A DNA stretch of 64,000 nt from an uncultured Acidobacteriota bacterium (lineage in GTDB: Bacteria; Acidobacteriota; Thermoanaerobaculia; Multivoradales; UBA5704). Under the pieces are notes generated by a model. The model was given only the letters and a program-made list of their open reading frames with translations, made no database searches and was not told where the DNA came from. A program made the position numbers and the translations under genes. Positions 30,786 to 39,095 of this stretch are shown here, in pieces (positions within the stretch are counted from its first letter, which is position 1; the number at the start of each line of letters is the position of its first letter). The DNA lies in assembly GCA_963700145.1 (NCBI GenBank), contig OY969474.1, positions 576,001 to 640,000 on the forward strand, read 5' to 3'.

Positions 30786-31463
30786 CTGAAGGTCACCCGC
30801 CTCTACCTCGTCCGCCACGGCGCCACGCAGCTGACCGCCGAGGACCGCTTCGCCGGCACGGTGGGCGTCGAGCTGTCGGACGAGGGGCGGTGGCAGGCCG
30901 CCCGCCTCGGCGAGCGTCTGCGCGGCGAGGGCATCACCTCGGTCTACTCGAGCCCGCTGTCGCGCGCCCTGGAGACGGCGCGTATCGTCGCCGGCGCCTG
31001 CGGCCTCGAGCCGATCCCGCGCGACGGGCTGCGCGAGATCGGCCACGGCCGCTGGGAGGGGCTGACCCGTGCCGAAGTCGAGGCACGCTTCGCCGACGAG
31101 TACGCCGCCTGGGAGGAGGATCCCTTCACCTTCGCGCCGGAGGGGGGCGAGTCGGGCGTCGCCGTCCTCGCCCGCGCCCTGCCGGTCCTGCGCGAGATCG
31201 TCACCGGCCACCCGCGCGAGTGCGTGCTCGTCGTCTCGCACAAGGCGACGCTGCGCCTCCTCCTGAGCAGCCTCCTCGGCTTCGACGCCCGCGGCTACCG
31301 CGACCGTCTCGACCAGGCGCCGGCGAGCCTGAACGTGGTGGACTTCAAGGACCCGGTCCGCGCCCGTCTCATGCTCTTCAACGACACGTCGCATTACGCG
31401 GCGCGCCCGCGCACTGCCGACCAGAGCCTGTCGCGGTGGTGGGACGGCGCGGACCCGCGGTGA
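30786..31463 (+). CDS. Histidine phosphatase (phosphoglycerate mutase family)
   Basis: LYLVRHG at 30801-30821, SSPLSRALET and LVVSH. The likely start is CTG at 30786. Confidence 0.85.
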   Translation: MKVTRLYLVRHGATQLTAEDRFAGTVGVELSDEGRWQAARLGERLRGEGITSVYSSPLSRALETARIVAGACGLEPIPRDGLREIGHGRWEGLTRAEVEARFADEYAAWEEDPFTFAPEGGESGVAVLARALPVLREIVTGHPRECVLVVSHKATLRLLLSSLLGFDARGYRDRLDQAPASLNVVDFKDPVRARLMLFNDTSHYAARPRTADQSLSRWWDGADPR

Positions 31464-31472
31464 GAGGGCGCG

Positions 31473-32996
31473 TCAGCCGCAAGCCCGCCGGTCGAGGGTA
31501 CGGTACTGGATCGCCTCGGCGAGGTGGGCCGGGCGGAGGGGGCCGCCTCCGGCCAGGTCGGCGATCGTGCGGGCGACCTTGAGGACGCGGTCGTGGGCGC
31601 GGGCGGAGAGGCCGAGGGCTTCGAAAGCGCGATCCAGGAGGGCGCGGCCGGCGCCGTCGAGGGCGCAGAAGCGGCGCACCTCGTCGGGGACCATCGCGGC
31701 GTTGACCGGTGTCGAGGCGGCGTCGCCGAAGCGCGCGCGCTGCAGGTCGCGGGCGGCGGACACCCGCGCCGCCACCGCGGCGCTCGACTCGCCGCGCGCG
31801 CCGCGCAGCTCTCGCACCGTCAGCGACGGCACCTCGATCTGGAGGTCGATGCGGTCGAGGAGCGGCCCGGAGATGCGCGCCCGGTAGCGGTCGACGAGCG
31901 GCGGCGGACAGCGGCATTCGAAGCGAGGGTCGCCTAAATGCCCGCAAGGACAGGGGTTGGCCGAGGCAAGGAGGGCGAAACGGGCGGGGAAGGTGAAGCG
32001 CGCGCGCGCGCGGACGACGGTGATGCGGCCCTCCTCGACCGGCTGGCGCAGCGCCTCCAGGGCGTCGCGGTGGAACTCCGGCATCTCGTCGAGGAAGAGG
32101 ACGCCGTTGTGGGCGAGACTCGCCTCGCCGGGTCGCGGGGGGCTGCCGCCGCCGACCAGGCCGGCCGTCGAGGTGTTGGTGTGCGGGTTGCGGAAGGGGC
32201 GGCGGCGGACGAGGCCGGCGGGCGGCTCCTCGGCGGCCAGGGAGTGGACCTTGGTGACGGCGATGGCCTCGGCGAGGGAGAGCGGCGGCAGGAGCGCCGG
32301 CAGGCGCTGCGCCAGCATCGTCTTGCCAGATCCCGGCGGCCCCAGGAAGAGCAGGTTGTGCCCGCCGGCCGCCGCTACCTCCAGCGCCCGCTTCGCCCCT
32401 TGCTGGCCGCAGACGTCGGCGAGGTCGTGGGCGGCCGCGACGGCCTGCTCGCTGCCGTCCGGCGCGACGAACGGCGCAATCGGCCGCCTGCCGAGCAGGT
32501 GCTCGATCGCCTCGGCGAGGCCGCGCAGGGGGACCACCGCCACCGTCCCCAGCGCCGCGGCCTCGGCGGCGTTGGCGGCCGGCAGGAGGAGCTCGGCGAG
32601 CCCCAGCCGGTGCGCGAGGTCGGCGATTGCCAGCGCCCCGCGCACCGTGCGCACGGCGCCGTCGAGCCCCAGCTCGCCGCAGAGGAGCCGTCCCGCCAGG
32701 GCCTCCTGCGGCAGCTCGCCGTGGGCGGCGAGGAAGGCGAGCGCGATCGCCAGGTCCAGGTGGTTGCCCTCCTTGCGCAGGTCGGCGGGAGCGAGGTTCA
32801 CCACCACCGAGCGCGGCGGCAGCTCGAAGCCGCAGTTGCGCAGCGCGAAGCGCACCCGCTCGCGGCTCTCCTTGACCGCGGGGTCGGCGAGCCCCACGAT
32901 CTGCGTCTGCGGCAGGCCGACATGGACATCCACCTCGACCTGCACCGGACGGGCGTCGATCCCCCAGGGGGTGGCGGCGGTGGCGCGGGCGAGCAT
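31473..32996 (-). CDS. comM: YifB/ComM Mg-chelatase-like AAA+ ATPase
   Basis: VKESRERVR, NLAPADLRKEG, GPPGSGKT, LFLDEMPEF, NPCPCG and SGPLLDRID. Confidence 0.93.
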   Translation of the reverse strand: MLARATAATPWGIDARPVQVEVDVHVGLPQTQIVGLADPAVKESRERVRFALRNCGFELPPRSVVVNLAPADLRKEGNHLDLAIALAFLAAHGELPQEALAGRLLCGELGLDGAVRTVRGALAIADLAHRLGLAELLLPAANAAEAAALGTVAVVPLRGLAEAIEHLLGRRPIAPFVAPDGSEQAVAAAHDLADVCGQQGAKRALEVAAAGGHNLLFLGPPGSGKTMLAQRLPALLPPLSLAEAIAVTKVHSLAAEEPPAGLVRRRPFRNPHTNTSTAGLVGGGSPPRPGEASLAHNGVLFLDEMPEFHRDALEALRQPVEEGRITVVRARARFTFPARFALLASANPCPCGHLGDPRFECRCPPPLVDRYRARISGPLLDRIDLQIEVPSLTVRELRGARGESSAAVAARVSAARDLQRARFGDAASTPVNAAMVPDEVRRFCALDGAGRALLDRAFEALGLSARAHDRVLKVARTIADLAGGGPLRPAHLAEAIQYRTLDRRACG

Positions 32997-33049
32997 CGTC
33001 GGCGTCGGTCCTCCGGGATAGACGGAAAACGGCCGCCCCACGCTTGCAC

Positions 33050-34249
33050 ATGGAACCGCTGCTGATCGCCACGAAGGCCCCCTGGCCGCCGATCGACGGC
33101 GGCCGGCGGCTGCTCTGGAACACGCTCGAGGGTCTGGCGGCGGAGGGGGTGCGGGCGGCGCTGGTGGCGCCGGTCGATCCACAACGCTTCGATCTGCGCG
33201 AGGTGGCGGCGGCGCTGGCGGCGGTCTGCGAGCCGCACCTCGTGCCGGTGCGGCCGGCGGGCGCGCCGCGCGCGCTCCTCGGCGCCGTCGGCGGCCGTCC
33301 GTGGACGATCGCCCGCCATGCCCTCGCCGCCGTGCGGCGCGAGGTCGAGCGCCTCCTCGCCGAGCGGACCTTCGCCGTCGTCCACGCCGAGCAGCTCCAG
33401 GCGCTGCCCCAGGCGGAGCCGGCGCGGCTGCGCGGCGTGCCAGTCGTGCTGCGGGCCCAGAACGTGGAGAGCGAGCTCTGGCGCGGGGCGGCCCGGACAG
33501 CGGGCGGGGTGAAGGAGTGGCTGCTCGACGTCGAAACGCGGCGGTTGGCGCGGTATGAGGGGCGGGCGGTAGCGCGCGCGGAACGCACGCTGGCGCTCAC
33601 CGAGCGGGACGCACGCCGCCTCCGAGAGCTTGCGGGAGGGAGAGGGCTAGTGCAGGTGATCGCCGCGCCCTTCCCGGCACAGCTCCCGCCCGGTGGTCCC
33701 CCTCTGCCCGGGGAGCCCGCGCTCGTTCTCCTCGAGGGGAGTGGCTGGCTGCCGAATCGCGAAGGGGCCGCATGGTTCGTGCGAGCGGTTTGGCCGCGGG
33801 TGCGCGCCGAGCTGCCGCGCGCCGAGCTGCACCTCTTCGGCGGCGCGGCCGGCGGCGAGGCAGACGAGGCAGACGAGGGAGTCCACCTCCACCCGGCTCC
33901 TGTTGACAGCGCGGCAGCTTTCCCGCCCGGCTCGGTGCTCGCCGTCCCCCTCGGGATCGCTTCCGGCATGCGGATCAAGGTGCTGGAGGCCTGGGCGCGT
34001 CGCGTGCCGGTCGTCGGTACCCGAGAGGCGCTCGCCGGCCTCGAGGTGCGCGACGGCGTCGAGGCGCTGGTAGCGCGCGATGCGGAGGGATTCGCCGCCG
34101 CCCTCGCTCGCCTCACCCGCGAGCCGGGGCTCACGGCTTCGTTGGTCGAAGGAGGGCGCGCGGCCCTCGCGGCCCGCCACGACCCGCCGCGGCTGGCGCG
34201 GGAATTGGTGTCGGTCTACGACTCGGTCGCCGCCGGCAAGTCGACCTGA
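33050..34249 (+). CDS. GT4-family glycosyltransferase
   Basis: PWPPIDGG, HNVES-like QNVESE, and SGMRIKVLEAW...PVVGT. Confidence 0.85.
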   Translation: MEPLLIATKAPWPPIDGGRRLLWNTLEGLAAEGVRAALVAPVDPQRFDLREVAAALAAVCEPHLVPVRPAGAPRALLGAVGGRPWTIARHALAAVRREVERLLAERTFAVVHAEQLQALPQAEPARLRGVPVVLRAQNVESELWRGAARTAGGVKEWLLDVETRRLARYEGRAVARAERTLALTERDARRLRELAGGRGLVQVIAAPFPAQLPPGGPPLPGEPALVLLEGSGWLPNREGAAWFVRAVWPRVRAELPRAELHLFGGAAGGEADEADEGVHLHPAPVDSAAAFPPGSVLAVPLGIASGMRIKVLEAWARRVPVVGTREALAGLEVRDGVEALVARDAEGFAAALARLTREPGLTASLVEGGRAALAARHDPPRLARELVSVYDSVAAGKST

Positions 34250-35013
34250 AGCTGGCCGGCCGGCCGCTCGTCGGGGTCGGTGCCGTGGCCGGCGTAGGCG
34301 GCGAGCACCGACTCGGGATCGCCGTCGGCACGCAGGCGCCCGGCGTCGAGCCAGATGCAGCGCTCGCACGTCTTCCGCACGGCGACGGCGTTGTGCGAGA
34401 CGAGGAGGACCGTGGTGCCGGCGGCGTGGAAGCGGGCGATCCGCGCCTCGCACTTCTCGGTGAAGGCCGCGTCGCCGACCGCCAGGATCTCGTCGAGGAT
34501 GAGCACGTCGGGAAGCCAGGCCGTGGCGATGGAGAAGCCGAGCCGGGCCAGCATGCCGCTCGAGTAGTTGCGGATGGGAGAGCGGACGAAGTCGCCCAAG
34601 CCGCTGAAGTCGACGATCTCCTCGACCGCCGCGTCGACGTCGCGCCGCGAGCGGCCGAGGAGGAGGGCGTTGAGGTAGATGTTCTCGAGGCCTGTCAGCT
34701 CGTGGTCGAAGCCGGTGCCCAGCTCGAGGATCGGGGCGAGGGTGCCGCGCACGATCGCCTGTCCCTGAGTCGGCTTCAGCACCCGGGAGACGACCTTCAG
34801 CAGCGTGCTCTTGCCGGCGCCGTTGCGGCCGACGATCCCCAGCGTCTGTCCGGCCGGCACGCTCAGGTCGACGTCGCGCAGCGCCCAGAGCTTCTCGTAG
34901 GCCAGCGCCCCCTTCATCCAGTGGATGGCGTACTCCTTGAGCGAAGGGATGCGCTGTTTGGCCAGGCGATAGACCAGGGAGACCCCCTCGAGCTGGATGC
35001 GCGGCTCGGCCAT
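34216..35013 (-). CDS. wzt: Polysaccharide ABC exporter ATPase (no C-terminal carbohydrate-binding domain)
   Basis: GRNGAGKST, YSSGMLARLGF and ILDEILAVGD. 265 aa. Confidence 0.92.
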   Translation of the reverse strand: MAEPRIQLEGVSLVYRLAKQRIPSLKEYAIHWMKGALAYEKLWALRDVDLSVPAGQTLGIVGRNGAGKSTLLKVVSRVLKPTQGQAIVRGTLAPILELGTGFDHELTGLENIYLNALLLGRSRRDVDAAVEEIVDFSGLGDFVRSPIRNYSSGMLARLGFSIATAWLPDVLILDEILAVGDAAFTEKCEARIARFHAAGTTVLLVSHNAVAVRKTCERCIWLDAGRLRADGDPESVLAAYAGHGTDPDERPAGQLQVDLPAATES

Positions 35014-35780
35014 CAGACGTAGAACGGGATGCGGTCGCTGCTGCGGCGGAAGGCCCAGGCCCCGACCGCCAGCGCCAGGATCGCGATGCCCAGTGCCACC
35101 GAGAGGTGGGTGATCGGCGGCACTTCCCCCTGGTAGATCGGATCGCGGAAGACCTCGAGGATCGAGCGCGCCGGGTTGAAACGGACCACCCAGAGGAGGT
35201 TCGGCGGCACGATCTCCTTGGGATAGAAGACCGGCGTCAAGTACATCAAGAGCGTCAGGAGCACCCCCACCAGCTCCACCACGTCGTGGAAGAAGACGGC
35301 GAGCGGCGAGAGCAGCAGGCCCGCTCCGAGGGTGAAGAGCGCCGCCAGCAGCACCGCGATCGGCAGGAAGGCGAGAGCGGGACGGATCGGATGGCCGGTG
35401 ACGATCAGCATCAGCAGCAGCGGCACCAGGGCGAAGCCGAGGTTGATGACGCCCGAGATCACCGTGGCGATGGGGAAGACAGCCTTGGGCACGGGGAGCT
35501 TCTGCAGCAGGTGCGCGTTCCCCTTGAGGCTGTTCATCGAGCTGACGATGCTCTGGCTGAAGAAGTTCCAGAAGAGGATGCCGGCAAGCGCGTAGACCGG
35601 GTAGTTCGGAAGATTGAAGCGGAAGAGGGAGCTGAAGACGAGCTGCAGGACCAGCATCATCAGCAGCGGCTGGAGCATCGTCCAGAGGAAGCCGATCGCC
35701 GAGCGCCGGTAGCGCACCTTGAGCTCGCGGGACACGAGGGCGCCCACCAGGTCGCGGTAGCGATAGAGATCGTGGATCAC
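35013..35780 (-). CDS. wzm: Polysaccharide ABC exporter permease
   Basis: RELKVRYRRSAIGFLW, YLTPVFYP and multiple TM helices. Confidence 0.92.
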   Translation of the reverse strand: MIHDLYRYRDLVGALVSRELKVRYRRSAIGFLWTMLQPLLMMLVLQLVFSSLFRFNLPNYPVYALAGILFWNFFSQSIVSSMNSLKGNAHLLQKLPVPKAVFPIATVISGVINLGFALVPLLLMLIVTGHPIRPALAFLPIAVLLAALFTLGAGLLLSPLAVFFHDVVELVGVLLTLLMYLTPVFYPKEIVPPNLLWVVRFNPARSILEVFRDPIYQGEVPPITHLSVALGIAILALAVGAWAFRRSSDRIPFYV

Positions 35781-35850
35781 GAACGGTGAGAAGGGCAGAG
35801 GTGGTGGTGGTACGGCCGTAGACGAGCGCCAAGTCGCTGACTCGGCGAGC

Positions 35851-36840
35851 TTACCGCATCGACTTCGAGTCCCCTTTGCCCGCCTTGCTCTTCAGCCCGG
35901 CCAGGGCCTGCCGCAAGGCGTCGTCCTCCGCGCGCCGAGCGGGGCGCCGGGACGCGGCGACGAACGGCGCGGTGGCGGCGCGAGCGACGAGGCGCGCCCG
36001 TCCTCCCGCCGCGAGCGCCTTGGCGGCGTGGCGCGCCCAGCGCGCGCCGTGCCGCTTCTCGGCCCAGCGCAGTAGGTCGGTCCACAGCAGCTCGACGTGC
36101 TGACGGCCGCCGGACCCACCCCCGGTCGCTCCCGCCGCGCTGCCGATCGTCGCGCCGTGGTGGTGGAGCACCCGGAAATCCGGGAGCAGCGCCACCTCCC
36201 AGCCGGCGGCGCGTAACCGGGCGCAGAGGTCGAGGTCCTGGGCGTAGAAGCGGAACCGCTCATCGAACGGCCCGACCTCCTCCCAGGCGGCGCGGCGCAA
36301 GGCCAGCGCCGCCCCGGTCACCCAGTCGACGGCGCCGCCCGCGGCGGCCCCCGGCGGCTTGAGCCGCCGGTAAAGCGGCAGGTTCCCGATGAGCCGCGCC
36401 GCGCCGCTCGCCAGCGCGAAGAGCCAGAGCAGGGTCGGCTCCCCCCCGCCGCTCCACTGCGGGGCCCCGCCGGGGTAATGGAGCGCCGCCCCGGCGGCTC
36501 CCAGCCGCGGGGCGGCATCGAAGGCGGAGCGCAGGGCCGCCAGCCCCTCGGCCGTCACCTCGGTATCGCTGTTGAGGAGGAGGAGCAGGTCGCCCTCGGC
36601 CGCGGCAAGGCCGCGGTTGGCGGCGCGGGTGAAGCCGGTCGGCTCGGCGAGGCGGAGGAGGCGCAGGCGCGGATGAGCGGAGGCGGCCGCTTCGGCGGTG
36701 CCGTCCGAGCCCGCGTCGTCCACCAGCACGACCTCGGCCTCGGGCGCGGCCCGGGCGAGCGAGGCCAGGCAGCGGAGAGTGAGCTCGCGCGTGTCGCGCG
36801 TGGGCACGACCACGGAAAGGGTGGGGGATGCGGGGCGCAT
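35851..36840 (-). CDS. GT2 glycosyltransferase
   Basis: VVVP, VDDAGSDGT, GFTRAANRG, LLNSD and FDERFRFYAQDLDLC. Confidence 0.88.
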   Translation of the reverse strand: MRPASPTLSVVVPTRDTRELTLRCLASLARAAPEAEVVLVDDAGSDGTAEAAASAHPRLRLLRLAEPTGFTRAANRGLAAAEGDLLLLLNSDTEVTAEGLAALRSAFDAAPRLGAAGAALHYPGGAPQWSGGGEPTLLWLFALASGAARLIGNLPLYRRLKPPGAAAGGAVDWVTGAALALRRAAWEEVGPFDERFRFYAQDLDLCARLRAAGWEVALLPDFRVLHHHGATIGSAAGATGGGSGGRQHVELLWTDLLRWAEKRHGARWARHAAKALAAGGRARLVARAATAPFVAASRRPARRAEDDALRQALAGLKSKAGKGDSKSMR

Positions 36841-36949
36841 GGCGTGCCGGCTGGCGGCGGCGAGGTGAGTCTACGGTCGCGCGGCCTCCAGCTGTAACGA
36901 ACGGCGACGCCGCGCGCCCCTAGGCGTGTGTCCGCACTGGGGCGAGAGG

Positions 36950-37105
36950 TGCTAGTATTCCCAATTCCAAAGATCCAAAGAACTCGATACGTTCCGGTCA
37001 TTTGACGCAGGAATACGTGCTTTCGCAGCCTCTCATCGGAGGCGCCGCCGGCGTGGCGGCGCGTGCCCCTCGCGTACACCAGCGCTTTTCTGGAGGAGCG
37101 TGATC
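36950..37105 (+). promoter_or_regulatory. Conserved promoter and structured 5' leader, copy 1
   Basis: TGC-TAGTAT extended -10, then TTTGACGCAGGAATACGTGC 105 nt before the ATG, stem CGCCGCC/GGCGGCG and GGAGGAG RBS. Paralleled at 38944-39095. Confidence 0.6.
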
Positions 37106-38836
37106 ATGCGAAGAGTGCAGCGCAGGTCGTGGACCCTGGCCTTCGTTCTGGGGATCGTTTCTCTCGGCATTGCCGCAGGCGCGGCCGCGGCCGCGCCGAA
37201 TCAGGAAGTGGCGACGCTGAGCGGCGGCGGCGCCGGCGTCGAGTTCCGGCCGGTCGTCGACTACGAGAAGCTGGTGCTGACCGTCTCAGGTCCGGGCGAG
37301 ATGATGTTCCGGCGCGAGTTCGCGGCCGGCGTCCCGGTCGCCTTCAGCGCCTTCACGGAGGCGGGCCAGGTCCTGCCGGACGGCGACTACACCTACGAGC
37401 TGCGGGCGGCGCCGCGCCTCTCGGCCGACGTGCGCCGGAAGCTCGCCGAGGCGCGCCAGCGCGGCAACGAGCGCGCCGTCCTCGCCGAGTTGCGGCGCGC
37501 CGGCCAGCTGCCGAAGGGGGGCGTGCAGTCCGGCAGCTTCACGATGGCGAACGGGAGCTTCGTCGTCTCCGGGCTCGCGGAGGAGACCGGCCCGCGGGCC
37601 GCCAAGGAAGCCGTCCGCGCGGTCACCGCCGCCGACCAGGTGATCCCCGACGACCTGATCGTCCAGGGGAGCGAGTGCGTCGGCTTCGACTGCGTCAACG
37701 GCGAGGCCTTCAGCTTCGACACCATCCGCCTCAAGGAGAACAGCACCCGCATCACCTTCATCGACACCAGCACCATCGCGGGTCTCCCCAACCAGGACTG
37801 GCAGCTCCGCGCCAACGACGCCAGCGGCGCCGGCGTCTTCACCATCGACTACCTGGGCACCGGCGCCGTCGACGGCGACACGCCCAGCACCACGCCCTTC
37901 AAGGTGGAGGCCGCGGCGGTGAACAACTCGATCTACGTCGATTCCACCGGCCGGGTCGGGCTCCGCACCGCGACCCCGGTGCTCGATCTCCACATCAACA
38001 CCGCGAACACCCCGGCCATTCGCCTCGAGCAGAACAACTCCGGCGGCTTCACCGCCCAGACCTGGGACGTGGCCGGCAACGAAAGCAGCTTCTTCGTCCG
38101 CGACGTGACCGGCGGCTCGACCCTGCCCTTCCGCGTCCGGCCGGGCGCGCCGACCAGCTCGATCGACATCTCGGCCGACGGCGACGTCGGGATCGGCACG
38201 GCCAGCCCCGACTTCCAGCTGCACGTGTTCGACACCGAGACCTCCGATGCGAACATCGGCGTCGGGCCCGATCCCGGCGGCCTCACGGGCGTGAACTTCG
38301 GCCACGGCGGCGCGTCCTTCGGGCGCGGCGCGGGGTTCTTCAACGCCAAGGACACCGGCGCCACGGCCCCGAACCCGTCGGTCCGCTTTCTGACCTCCAC
38401 CATCCAGCGCATGATCATCGACAACGAAGGCAACATCGGCTTCGGCAGCAACGTGGCGGGCTTCAACCCCGCCGATCCGCTGGTGCATCAGAACACCAAC
38501 GCCCGCCTCACCGGGGGCATCTGGACCGACGGCTCGAGCCGCGCCATCAAGCACGACATCCGTCCGCTCGAGGCCGGCGAGGCCCTGGCGGCGTTCGCCC
38601 GGCTCGAGCCGGTGAGCTATCGGCCCAACGACAAGCCCGAGGAGGTGGTCCTCGGCTTCATCGCCGAGGACGTGCCGGAGCTGGTCGCCTTCAACGACCG
38701 CAAGTCGCTGAGCCCGATGGACATGGTCGCGGTGCTCACCAAGGTCGTGCAGGAGCAGCAGCGGGCGGTCGCCGAGCTGGAGCGGCAGATCGAGGAGCTG
38801 CGCGGGCGCCTGACCGCTGGCGAAGCCAAGCCCTAG
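37106..38836 (+). CDS. Secreted tail-fibre-like protein with C-terminal peptidase S74 intramolecular chaperone, paralog 1
   Basis: Signal peptide, DDLIVQGSECVGFDC, GIGT..P...LHV repeats, SSRAIKHDI autocleavage-type motif, GFIAEDVPELV and a terminal coiled coil. Confidence 0.8.
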   Translation: MRRVQRRSWTLAFVLGIVSLGIAAGAAAAAPNQEVATLSGGGAGVEFRPVVDYEKLVLTVSGPGEMMFRREFAAGVPVAFSAFTEAGQVLPDGDYTYELRAAPRLSADVRRKLAEARQRGNERAVLAELRRAGQLPKGGVQSGSFTMANGSFVVSGLAEETGPRAAKEAVRAVTAADQVIPDDLIVQGSECVGFDCVNGEAFSFDTIRLKENSTRITFIDTSTIAGLPNQDWQLRANDASGAGVFTIDYLGTGAVDGDTPSTTPFKVEAAAVNNSIYVDSTGRVGLRTATPVLDLHINTANTPAIRLEQNNSGGFTAQTWDVAGNESSFFVRDVTGGSTLPFRVRPGAPTSSIDISADGDVGIGTASPDFQLHVFDTETSDANIGVGPDPGGLTGVNFGHGGASFGRGAGFFNAKDTGATAPNPSVRFLTSTIQRMIIDNEGNIGFGSNVAGFNPADPLVHQNTNARLTGGIWTDGSSRAIKHDIRPLEAGEALAAFARLEPVSYRPNDKPEEVVLGFIAEDVPELVAFNDRKSLSPMDMVAVLTKVVQEQQRAVAELERQIEELRGRLTAGEAKP

Positions 38837-38858
38837 AGCAGTCGCCTTCGCCGCCCGC

Positions 38859-38902
38859 AACGTCCGGGTCCGGTCCCTTCGTGGGCCGGGCCCGAACGTT
38901 TC
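38859..38902 (+). terminator. Long hairpin between the two paralogs
   Basis: AACGTCCGGGTCCGGTCCC-TTCGT-GGGCCGGGCCCGAACGTT followed by TC. Confidence 0.5.
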
Positions 38903-38943
38903 AGTAATCGATGGACTCTCGCCTTCACGCGCGGCGGCCGCGG

Positions 38944-39095
38944 TGCTAGGGTTCGTGGCTCCACGAGTCCGAAAAAGTCGCGCAGCGCTCTTTGACGCAC
39001 GAATACGTGCATTCGCAGCTCCCATTCAGGGGTCCCGCCGGCGTGCGGCGAAAACCCCTCGCGAACAGGAAGAGCTTTTTTGGAGGAGCGTAACC
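38944..39095 (+). promoter_or_regulatory. Conserved promoter and structured 5' leader, copy 2
   Basis: TTCACG-17-TAGGGT with TG extension, TTTGACGCACGAATACGTGC 105 nt before the ATG, and AGGGGT...ACCCCT stem enclosing CGCCG/CGGCG. Confidence 0.6.
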
